Source: Ignavibacteriaceae bacterium (GTDB lineage Bacteria > Bacteroidota > Ignavibacteria > Ignavibacteriales > Ignavibacteriaceae). Taken from it: 64,000 nt of DNA. This document shows positions 53,818 through 62,427 of this stretch, one piece after another (positions within the stretch are counted from its first letter, which is position 1; each line of letters starts with the position of its first letter). A program made the position numbers and the translations under genes. Location: the NCBI GenBank assembly GCA_041739035.1, contig JBGSOQ010000062.1, positions 44,775 through 108,774 on the forward strand, read 5' to 3'. The notes beneath the pieces were generated by a model, which did not search any database, was not told the origin of the DNA, and worked only from the letters and a program-made list of their open reading frames with translations.

Positions 53818-56553
53818 TTATATCTCTAACGTAAGACCAAATCTAACTTCTCTTGGTGCAGAATAGTAGTTTGGTCTGTTAAAGTACTCGGTTGCAGATT
53901 TAATCGCAGGATATTCTTCTGAGATTGCGTTAGTAGCCTGTGGTCCACCTTTCGTTTCTTCAAGTGAATAAGTTGCTCTGCCTGTATCGTCATAGACAAA
54001 AGATTCATTCTTTGTATCAAACAGATTATAAACTTTTAGGAAAATAGTTAATGTGGTACTGTAAAGGATAAAAGATTTATCAATCAGTAAATCAACATTT
54101 GTTTGTAATGGTTTTCTACCGCTGTTAGTTTTTAAATAAATCTGCTGCTCATAAAGCTGAGGTGAATAAGGCAGACCGGTGCCAAGATTACCAACTATTG
54201 TAACTGTCCAATCTCTATCTCCTCCAAATGTTATTACTCCATTTATTGTATGTGATTGATCCCAATTTAGAGGTACAGGAATTTTTTCACTTTGACGTCC
54301 GGATTGAAGATCGATAAAAAAAGCGTCCGCACTAACTTCATTTCCCTCAGCAACCTGGAAAGTATAATCCAATGAAGCACCAAATAAATCATCCGGCATT
54401 TTTCTCTTTGTTAGAGAAAATGTAATACCCTTAATGTTGCCGTAGTCTTTGTTAACATATTTTTGATAAATAGAATTACTGCTAATTCGTATTTGTTCTA
54501 TTGCAAGCAAATCACGAACATCTTTATAAAATCCGGTAACATTAAATGCTAATGTTCCCGTTAACTGCTGCTGCAATCCCAATTCATAAGTAACAGTTTT
54601 TTCGGGATCAAGATTTGCATTACCATAAACAGGCAAAGCAGCAATGTCCTCAAACTCGGGGTTGGTATATAAAAATCTAAATGGCGGTAACTGATAAAAA
54701 TGGCCGTAAGAAAAATGTATTATCCCTTCGTCTGTTATTGGAAATGAAATTCCGAGTCTTGGGCTTAATGTAAACTTACCATCCGCATCAACAAGATTTT
54801 GTGTGGGTGCAAATGGATCAGGTGCATATAAAGCGTTTGCCTTAAAGTAATCTAATCTTAAGCCGGCATTTAGTATCATACTCGTAAATTCCATCTTATC
54901 CTGCAGATAACCAGAAAATTGCTGAGGTGAACGTGAGTAAATATCTATTGAACCTCTTTGATCAACAGGATTAGGAATTGTTGGAGTTAAATAGTTGCTT
55001 CTGTTTCTTAGTACCTCAAAGAATACAAAATCCATTGTATCCCATTTACCTTTTGCTCCAAACTTAACTTCGTGCTGATTTGTTACCTGACTTGTAATAT
55101 CAAACTTAACTTCTGAAGTGTAAGAACGTTGATAAAAATGCTGAGGCTGTGTTCCGCCGGATACAAATGTGTAACTGCTGTAACTATTACTTTTGTCATC
55201 TGGCTGATATCTTGGATCTGCCTGAAGTCCATCTAAACTCATACTAGGGTTGAATGAAACTTCACTGCCGGAGGCATTGAGTAATGGATATAAATATCTT
55301 TTAAAATCATAAATATTGTAAGATCCCTTTAATGAGAAGAAAGTACTATTACTAACCGCGTGCCTGTATTCCAACGAATTTATTAAACCCCAGGTCATCT
55401 GATTATAATTTGCATCTGGATTATATTTATAATTGTGCGAGTATGATTGGTACTCGGAATTTGAATATACAACATCATAATTAATTTTAATTGTTGGTAT
55501 AGGTTTGAAAGTAAGTTTTGCGGTTGTATTTAAATCTATACTTGGGTTCATAGATACAGTAGCGCCATCACCGGTTTCGGCTATATATAAAACATTTGCC
55601 TGAAGCGGATCTCTAGAAAGTGAATCAAAAACTGTGTGTTGTCTAATCCCGTAAAGATAGCCTTTGTCATTATTATATCTGCCGGAAAAAAAGAAACTAA
55701 AATTATCTTCAAGCAATGGGATTGGTCCGCCGAATGTTCCTTCAACTACCTGATTATTGATTGGACTAAAATCATCAACATTATAAAAAACATCTGTTGA
55801 AGTACTTACATAATCACCCGTATAGTATGAAAAAGTACCTGTGTATTTTGATCCGCCTTCCCTGGTAATAGTGTTAACTACACCACTTAATGCATTACCA
55901 TACTCTGCATTAAATGTACCGCTTACTACCGAAACTTCCTGTACTGCATTTGTTGATATCTGAACAGTTCTTCCAAAATCATACGGATTGATTGCAGAAA
56001 CACCATTTACGTTATAAGCAATTTCAGTAGATCGACCGCCTCGAATGTGAAGCTCACCGCCAGCGCCTTTAGTAATACCGGCTTGCAAAGAAAGTATCTC
56101 GCTGATACTCTCTACAGGTAAAGTTTTGATTTGTGAATCATCAATATTTGTTTGAGAAGATGTTAAATCTTTTCTAACCATTGGCCTCGTTGCCTGCACA
56201 ATAATCGTTTCAAGCCCTATTGCTTCAGTGGAAAGCTGCATATCTATTGTTGTGGTAAAATCACTCGATACTCTTACATCGGTTACAATTTTTTTCTGAT
56301 AACCAACGCCGCTGAATACCAAAGAATATAACCCCGGTTCAATATTGTTGATAATATACGTTCCATCAATACCGGTCGCAGCACCCATCGTTGTATTTTC
56401 AACAAGTACATTTATTCCGATGAGTTCTTCACCCGTTTGGGCATCTATAACTTTACCGGCAATTTTACCTGTGCCTGCTGCATATAATTGTGACTGAGTA
56501 AAAAGTAGAAGTGAAAAAAGAATTGAAAAAGAAGAAAGTAAATATTTTTTCAT
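53818..56553 (-). CDS. TonB-dependent receptor (CarboxypepD_reg + plug + 22-strand-type barrel)
   Basis: About 911 aa. AGTGKIAGKVIDAQTGEELIGINVLV...GLYSLVFSGVGYQK. Plug segment LPVESISEILSLQAGIT...VSGTFNAEYGNALSGVVNTITREG. Long barrel ending REVRFGLTLEI. Start at ATG 56553 (MKKYLL, AAGAGG RBS). Confidence 0.9.
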   Translation of the reverse strand: MKKYLLSSFSILFSLLLFTQSQLYAAGTGKIAGKVIDAQTGEELIGINVLVENTTMGAATGIDGTYIINNIEPGLYSLVFSGVGYQKKIVTDVRVSSDFTTTIDMQLSTEAIGLETIIVQATRPMVRKDLTSSQTNIDDSQIKTLPVESISEILSLQAGITKGAGGELHIRGGRSTEIAYNVNGVSAINPYDFGRTVQISTNAVQEVSVVSGTFNAEYGNALSGVVNTITREGGSKYTGTFSYYTGDYVSTSTDVFYNVDDFSPINNQVVEGTFGGPIPLLEDNFSFFFSGRYNNDKGYLYGIRQHTVFDSLSRDPLQANVLYIAETGDGATVSMNPSIDLNTTAKLTFKPIPTIKINYDVVYSNSEYQSYSHNYKYNPDANYNQMTWGLINSLEYRHAVSNSTFFSLKGSYNIYDFKRYLYPLLNASGSEVSFNPSMSLDGLQADPRYQPDDKSNSYSSYTFVSGGTQPQHFYQRSYTSEVKFDITSQVTNQHEVKFGAKGKWDTMDFVFFEVLRNRSNYLTPTIPNPVDQRGSIDIYSRSPQQFSGYLQDKMEFTSMILNAGLRLDYFKANALYAPDPFAPTQNLVDADGKFTLSPRLGISFPITDEGIIHFSYGHFYQLPPFRFLYTNPEFEDIAALPVYGNANLDPEKTVTYELGLQQQLTGTLAFNVTGFYKDVRDLLAIEQIRISSNSIYQKYVNKDYGNIKGITFSLTKRKMPDDLFGASLDYTFQVAEGNEVSADAFFIDLQSGRQSEKIPVPLNWDQSHTINGVITFGGDRDWTVTIVGNLGTGLPYSPQLYEQQIYLKTNSGRKPLQTNVDLLIDKSFILYSTTLTIFLKVYNLFDTKNESFVYDDTGRATYSLEETKGGPQATNAISEEYPAIKSATEYFNRPNYYSAPREVRFGLTLEI

Positions 56554-56644
56554 CGTGACCTCTTGTGGCAAAATTTAAGTGTATAAAAATCGATTATTGA
56601 ACTGCCTATTTTGGTCTATTAACTGACGTTATTTATAATAACTA

Positions 56645-56750
56645 AAAACCATTGCATTAGAATATGAAAATGTCACCCTGAGTTTAGACGAAGGATGAAT
56701 ATTAAAACTGAACCGTCAGCCTTCGACAGGCTCAGACTGACAATGGTTTT
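56645..56750. repeat. MITE/REP-like palindromic element with 10-bp perfect terminal inverted repeats
   Basis: AAAACCATTG (56645-56654) / CAATGGTTTT (56741-56750). Inner arms TGTCACCCTGAG (56671-56682) / CTCAGACTGACA (56731-56742) and GACGAAGG / CCTTCGAC. Confidence 0.55.
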
Positions 56751-56774
56751 CAAATCATAAACAATAAAACAAAA

Positions 56775-56836
56775 GGGTTATCAGAATACAATTCAATCAG
56801 CTAAAGCTGAGCAAAAAGGAAATATTCTGATAACCC
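56775..56836 (-). terminator. Long-loop hairpin downstream of 56855..58516, probable terminator
   Basis: 14-bp perfect stem GGGTTATCAGAATA (56775-56788) / TATTCTGATAACCC (56823-56836). TTTTGTTTT follows on the minus strand. The 34-nt loop contains a small CAGCT/AGCTG hairpin. Confidence 0.5.
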
Positions 56837-56854
56837 TAAATAACATAAATTAAA

Positions 56855-58516
56855 CTATTTAAGTAACTGCATCTTTCTGGAAACGGTATTTGCACCCGCA
56901 GTCATACGATAAACATAAGTTCCGCTTGCAAGATTTGAAGCATCAAATTTAACATTGTAAGAACCAGCACCCATAAATTGATTGCTAATAAGAACTGCAA
57001 CTTCTCTTCCGAGAGCGTCATAAATTCTTAAATCAATATTTGCTGCTTCAGTAATTCCAAACTTAATCTGTGTAGATGGGTTAAATGGATTTGGATAATT
57101 CTGATCTACAAAAAATTGAGAAGGAACAACATCATTTTCAAGTTCAACTGAAACAGGAGTGGTTACTAAATCAAGAACTACAATTGGCATTGGAGTATCT
57201 AATGGATTACCTCTTGAGTAACCTTGTGTGTAAAGAACTTCATCTGCTGCATCACCATCAATATTTCCAACATATACTTCCATCTCTCCATTATTAGTCC
57301 AGTATGCTGAATCAAGGACTGAAGAAATATAGTTTGCAGGATTAGTAATATCACCACCTTGATATTCAACTCTGAATACAGGAACTTTTGCCGTATTATT
57401 AGCTTCATAACGTGAACCAATGATAAAATCAAGATTTCCATCAGCATCTATGTCACCAAAAGCGGATGCCATTAATCTAACAGCACCAAGAGATTCAAGG
57501 TCAACAATTTCAGTTGAAACTAAAGTATCAGCAACTTGTTGTAATAACCAAACTCTTGCTCCTTGCCCAACAGCATTGCCAAGCCATTCAGCAACCAAAA
57601 TTTCTTTTGTTCCATCACCATCAAGATCAACAACTTGGGAACCTTTGAAAGATGAATTTCCACCAGCAATACCGCTCTGTCCTGGTAGTGATTCCCAAAC
57701 GCCGCCTACATATCTAAGTCCCCATACTTTACTGCCATCAGTTAAGTTACCATCAAATAAATATATATAATTATTAAGAACTGCTAGATCCCATTTATTT
57801 CCGGTACCTGATAGAAAAGCATCACCTACTCCGGAAAATTCTATAGTCCAGGTTTCTAATCCGCCGCCATTGTCAGGAATGTCATCAACAGAAAGAACGC
57901 CAACGTGCCAATCTCCTGCACCTGCAGCACGATCAGCAAAAATAATTTCGTCTGTGCCATCGCCATCAACATCTGAAATTACTAATCTAACCGGTCTTAC
58001 ATTAAAACTAGGAGCAGTAACAATAGAAGTTTTTGCATTAGGTTCAAATCCTCCAAATCCGTCATCAACACCCATACCTTCTCCACTACCGGGATATTCA
58101 TAAACTAAAATTCTTGCGGGATTTAAATCAGTACCAATATTGTTAACTGGCGCCCAGTATAATTCCATTTTTCCATCTTTATCAATATCACCATATGCCA
58201 AAGCTGGCCAGGTATTTTGTAATTCAACAGGAGCAACAGCTCCCCAAACACTATCCCAGGCAGATGTGACAGGATTCCATTCAAATTTGTAAATTCGTGG
58301 TGTTAACTCATAAGGTTCGTCAATCATATTAGTATTTACGGCATAAATTTCTGGTAGACCATCTCCGTCAAAATCTACACCCGCAACAACTCCTCCAAAG
58401 CCTCTTTCAAGACCTGCTGGATCCTTTATCTCAGCAGTACGCGGAAAAGTTTGAGCCTGAGTATAAGAAATTGATAAAAGTAAAAAGATAGTAAGAAAAG
58501 TGAAGAGTCGGTTCAT
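56855..58516 (-). CDS. FG-GAP/VCBS-repeat beta-propeller protein with T9SS sorting domain
   Basis: 553 aa. Repeated Ca-binding loops DFDGDGLPEI, DIDKDGKMEL, DVDGDGTDEI, DLDGDGTKEI, DIDADGNLDF, NIDGDAADEV. Tail NYPNPFNPSTQIKF...GTYVYRMTAGANTVSRKMQLLK. GGAGG RBS. Confidence 0.88.
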   Translation of the reverse strand: MNRLFTFLTIFLLLSISYTQAQTFPRTAEIKDPAGLERGFGGVVAGVDFDGDGLPEIYAVNTNMIDEPYELTPRIYKFEWNPVTSAWDSVWGAVAPVELQNTWPALAYGDIDKDGKMELYWAPVNNIGTDLNPARILVYEYPGSGEGMGVDDGFGGFEPNAKTSIVTAPSFNVRPVRLVISDVDGDGTDEIIFADRAAGAGDWHVGVLSVDDIPDNGGGLETWTIEFSGVGDAFLSGTGNKWDLAVLNNYIYLFDGNLTDGSKVWGLRYVGGVWESLPGQSGIAGGNSSFKGSQVVDLDGDGTKEILVAEWLGNAVGQGARVWLLQQVADTLVSTEIVDLESLGAVRLMASAFGDIDADGNLDFIIGSRYEANNTAKVPVFRVEYQGGDITNPANYISSVLDSAYWTNNGEMEVYVGNIDGDAADEVLYTQGYSRGNPLDTPMPIVVLDLVTTPVSVELENDVVPSQFFVDQNYPNPFNPSTQIKFGITEAANIDLRIYDALGREVAVLISNQFMGAGSYNVKFDASNLASGTYVYRMTAGANTVSRKMQLLK

Positions 58517-58716
58517 AAAAACCTCCTTAGTTGTTTGTTAGTAGATATTAGCTATAAATAAAATAAATTCGACGATTTTAAAGTCAAATTAAGGAATTGA
58601 TATTTTTTATGCAATTAAAAAAGAAAGTTTTTTAAACTAATCCCGTAGGGATAAAATATTGATAGAAAAATTTAATTATCCATTATATCAAGAGTTCCTT
58701 TAGAAACGAAATAATA

Positions 58717-59646
58717 TCATTCTTCAATCGCTTTGCGTACAAATCCATTTGCAAGTTTTAATCTTTCTTTTGCAGTCTTCAAATCCACATTTGCTTTTAG
58801 CATAACAAGCGCCGTTTTAACATGACCATTAGCATTGTCTAAAGCCATCCCTGCTTCATCGTAATTAAGTCCTGTAATTGTCATAACAATTTTTTTTGAC
58901 CGCTCCACAAGTTTTTTATTTGTCATCTGCAGATCGATCATCATATTTTCATAAACTTTTCCAAGCCTAATCATAGATGCTGTTGTTAGCATATTTAAAA
59001 CTAACTTTTGTGCAGTTCCGCTTTTCATTCTTGTCGAACCCATCACTACTTCCGGTCCAACATAAGGACAAATGGCAACATCTACTTCTTCAATATCAAA
59101 ATCTTTTCTTGGATTTGTTGTAACGTACAAAGTTTTAGCCCCAAGCTGCTTTGCTTTTTTTACTGCACCAACTACATAAGGAGTTCTTCTGCTCGCAGCA
59201 ATTCCACACACCACATCTTTCGAAGTAACATTTGCGGCAACAACTTCGCTTGCACCTTTTTCCTCTTTATCCTCAGCACCTTCCTGTGCCCGGAACATCG
59301 CTTCTTTTCCACCGGCAATATATCCTTCTATCATTCCATAAGGAGTTCCAAAAGTTGGAGGACACTCGGAAGCATCAACAACTCCTAATCTTCCACTTGT
59401 TCCCGCACCGAAGTATAAAAGTCTTCCGCCGTTCTTTAATGAGCTAACGATTATTTCAACTGCTTGTTCGATATATGGTAATTCTTGTTCAACCGCATAT
59501 GGCACAAGTTTATCTTCATCATTTATAATTTTTATTATTTCTGCTGTAGATTTTGCATCTATTTCCATCGAATGTGGATTGCGCTGTTCTGTTGGCAGTT
59601 TACTTATCTCTTCAAAAAATGTGTTAGTTTCTGGTGGTTTGCTCAT
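58717..59646 (-). CDS. murQ: N-acetylmuramic acid 6-phosphate etherase
   Basis: 309 aa. TEQRNPHSMEID and the SIS-domain motif FGAGTSGRLGVVDASECPPTFG. C-terminal pattern typical of MurQ. Confidence 0.9.
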   Translation of the reverse strand: MSKPPETNTFFEEISKLPTEQRNPHSMEIDAKSTAEIIKIINDEDKLVPYAVEQELPYIEQAVEIIVSSLKNGGRLLYFGAGTSGRLGVVDASECPPTFGTPYGMIEGYIAGGKEAMFRAQEGAEDKEEKGASEVVAANVTSKDVVCGIAASRRTPYVVGAVKKAKQLGAKTLYVTTNPRKDFDIEEVDVAICPYVGPEVVMGSTRMKSGTAQKLVLNMLTTASMIRLGKVYENMMIDLQMTNKKLVERSKKIVMTITGLNYDEAGMALDNANGHVKTALVMLKANVDLKTAKERLKLANGFVRKAIEE

Positions 59647-59824
59647 ATCAATAAAATATTTGTTTTTATTATTTAGTACGAAAATGCTGATACAAATTTA
59701 AGTAAAGTAATTATCAAATTTTCCACTATTTATATTTTCCGCGTTAATCTTTAAATACACTTCACTCATCATTATATTTGAAAAGCAATAATTAATATTT
59801 TTCCTCATAAATAAGCTACAAATC

Positions 59825-62158
59825 ATGATGTCAAAAGTTGAACAATATTACCTGGCACAATCAAAAAAAGAATTAGTATACGTACCCACAGAAAAAATTC
59901 CTGTACTCCAGGTTGCAAACTTTCCTGAATTAGGAAAGATGACAGCATTAAGATTTATAGAGTGGATGCAGCAAAATCCTGGTGGAGTAGTTTCTCTGCC
60001 CACCGGCAAAACACCTGAACATTTTATCAAATGGGTTGCCTACTTTTTGAAAAATTGGGGAAAAGCAGAAGTTCTAGAGGCATTAAAAAAAGTTGATCTT
60101 GATCCCGCAATTAAACCTGATGCCAGCAGTTTACGTTTTGTTCAGATAGATGAATTTTATCCTATAGATTCTCATCAGCACAATAGTTTTTATTACTACA
60201 TACAAAAATATTATTTCAGCAATTGGGGATTGGATAATAAAAAAGCCTTGTTGATGAATATTAATGAAATTCCCAGAGCAAATAATTTATCGTTTGCAGA
60301 AATTTTTCCAGATGAAAATATCGATCTTTCATTAAGAACACGTTGGGCTTCTACAACTCAGGAAAGACATCAAAAACAAACTATAGAACTTGTCGATCAG
60401 TTTTGCACAGATTATGAAAAGAAGATTCGCGACATGGGCGGGATTGGATTCTTCCTTGGCGGTATTGGTCCTGATGGGCACATTGGTTTTAATGTAATGG
60501 GCAGCGATCATTACTCAACAACAAGATTAATTCAAACTAATTATGAAACACAAGCTGCCGCCGCCACAGATCTTGGCGGAATTGAAGTTGCAAAGAAAAG
60601 ACTAGTAATAACGATTGGATTGGATACCATTACTTATAATCCCGATGCAACAGCAATTATAATTGCCGCAGGTGAAGCCAAAGGAAATATTGTAAGAGAT
60701 TCAATTCAAACTTCTATTTCAAATAAATATCCGGCAACAGTTTTGCAAAGATTACCAAATGCACGTTTTTATTTAACTAATGGTGCCGCTTTTAGATTAG
60801 TTGAGAGAAGATACCACGATGTAATTAATGAAGACGATATTTCTCACGCATCGATTGAGAGAGCAGTTGTTAATCTTTGTTTAGATAAAAATAAATCATT
60901 ATTGGATTTAAGTATTGAAGATTATAATTCTAATAAACTTACTAAATTGATATTAGAACGGACGAATAAATCTCCTAAGCAAATTGGTGATGAGATTCAT
61001 AAATCAATTATTGAAAGATTTGAAAGAGGAATGCTGCCCGTTTCTGATCAAACAATTCTTCACACCGGGCCGCACCATGATGATATACCTCTTGGTTATT
61101 TACCATATATTAATCATTTAGTACGAGACTCAAGTAACAGTCATCACTTTGTAACTATGACAAGCGGATTTACTGCTGTTACTAATGCTTATATGTTGGA
61201 TTTATTGAATGATTTAAATTCATTTTTGGCTCATCCGGATTTCAGATCACGCTTTACACAGCGATACTTTGATCCTGAATTTAAAGAAGGTAAAGATCGC
61301 GATATTCATCTTTATCTTGATGGACTAGCAGAGCACAGCCGAACTATTAGAAAAGAAGCTGTTTCGCGAAGACTGCTTAGAAACATGATTGAAATTTATG
61401 AAGAAGACAACATCAAATATCTGGAGGATAGAGTTGATGAGTTAATTAACTATTTCAAAACTCAATATCCGGGTAAAAAAGATATTCCTCATGTCCAAAA
61501 ACTTAAAGGAATGATGCGTGAATGGGAAGAGGAACTTGTCTGGGCTTTCTTCGGATTTAATACCAGCTCAGTTTCACACATGCGCCTTGGTTTTTATCAG
61601 GGTGATATCTTTACCGAAAACCCTGAAATGGATAGAGACGTAATTCCAATTTTAAATTTATTGAAGAAAATAAAACCAACAGTTGTTACAGTTGCTCTTG
61701 ATCCTGAAGGCAGCGGACCCGATACACACTACAAAGTATTGCAGGCAACTGCAGAAGCGTTAAAACTTTATGAGAAAGAGACAGGAATAAATAATATAAA
61801 AGTATGGGGATATAGAAATGTTTGGTATCGTTTCCATCCCGCTGAAGCAAATATTTTTATTCCCGTTAGTTTAAACTCAATGGCAATAATGGAAAATACT
61901 TTTCTAAATAGTTATGGCTCACAGCGAGCCGCAAGCTTTCCAAGCTGGGAATATGATGGTCCATTTTCGCGTCTTGCTCAGCGAATTCAGGTTGAGCAGT
62001 ATCAAACAATAAGATTATGCCTGGGTAAAGATTATTTCTTAAAACATTCATACCCAAGAGTACAGGCCGCATATGGAATGGTCTATCTTAAAGAATTATC
62101 TCAGGAAGAGTTCTATGCACATTCATCTGAACTAAGAAAGTTAACAGAGAATTATTAA
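59825..62158 (+). CDS. Long-form glucosamine-6-phosphate deaminase-like protein (NagB domain fused to an LmbE/PIG-L-like deacetylase-type domain)
   Basis: 777 aa. N-terminal NagB motifs (SLPTGKTP, VQIDEFYPI, GGIGPDGHIGFN). From about aa 400, HTGPHHDDIPLGY (AHPDD-type LmbE motif) and LDPEGSGPDTH. Confidence 0.8.
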   Translation: MMSKVEQYYLAQSKKELVYVPTEKIPVLQVANFPELGKMTALRFIEWMQQNPGGVVSLPTGKTPEHFIKWVAYFLKNWGKAEVLEALKKVDLDPAIKPDASSLRFVQIDEFYPIDSHQHNSFYYYIQKYYFSNWGLDNKKALLMNINEIPRANNLSFAEIFPDENIDLSLRTRWASTTQERHQKQTIELVDQFCTDYEKKIRDMGGIGFFLGGIGPDGHIGFNVMGSDHYSTTRLIQTNYETQAAAATDLGGIEVAKKRLVITIGLDTITYNPDATAIIIAAGEAKGNIVRDSIQTSISNKYPATVLQRLPNARFYLTNGAAFRLVERRYHDVINEDDISHASIERAVVNLCLDKNKSLLDLSIEDYNSNKLTKLILERTNKSPKQIGDEIHKSIIERFERGMLPVSDQTILHTGPHHDDIPLGYLPYINHLVRDSSNSHHFVTMTSGFTAVTNAYMLDLLNDLNSFLAHPDFRSRFTQRYFDPEFKEGKDRDIHLYLDGLAEHSRTIRKEAVSRRLLRNMIEIYEEDNIKYLEDRVDELINYFKTQYPGKKDIPHVQKLKGMMREWEEELVWAFFGFNTSSVSHMRLGFYQGDIFTENPEMDRDVIPILNLLKKIKPTVVTVALDPEGSGPDTHYKVLQATAEALKLYEKETGINNIKVWGYRNVWYRFHPAEANIFIPVSLNSMAIMENTFLNSYGSQRAASFPSWEYDGPFSRLAQRIQVEQYQTIRLCLGKDYFLKHSYPRVQAAYGMVYLKELSQEEFYAHSSELRKLTENY

Positions 62159-62173
62159 AAAGCCCCTCTCCAT

Positions 62174-62192
62174 CTCTCCCCTAAGGGGAGAG
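62174..62192 (+). terminator. Hairpin CTCTCCCC-TAA-GGGGAGAG 16 nt after the 59825..62158 stop (REP-type; possible terminator)
   Basis: 8-bp G/C-rich stem read directly. No strong T tract follows, so terminator function is uncertain. Confidence 0.4.
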
Positions 62193-62205
62193 CGAAAATA
62201 AATTG

Positions 62206-62400
62206 GTAGCACAGACTTTAGTCTGTGTTGCATAACAAAATGATTCAGTCATTTCGACCAAAGGGAGAAATCTGTGTATATTATTTAAACAGATTTCTCA
62301 CTCGAAGACTCGTTCGAAATGACAATTGGATTTACGTAGCACAGACTTTAGTCTGTGACGATTATACATAGCACAATATTTTAACAGACTAAAGTCTGTT
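62206..62400. repeat. Composite array of nested palindromic repeats (three ACAGAC-TTTA-GTCTGT hairpins plus a 76-nt GTCATTTCGA...TCGAAATGAC inverted repeat)
   Basis: Identical 22-mers GTAGCACAGACTTTAGTCTGTG at 62206-62227 and 62336-62357. Inverted copy AACAGACTAAAGTCTGTT at 62383-62400. Large inverted repeat at 62248-62323 (GTCATTTCGACCAAAGGGAGAAATCTG ... CAGATTTCTCACTCGAAGACTCGTTCGAAATGAC). Confidence 0.7.
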
Positions 62401-62427
62401 TTACTAATGAAATTTTATAGGAATGAT

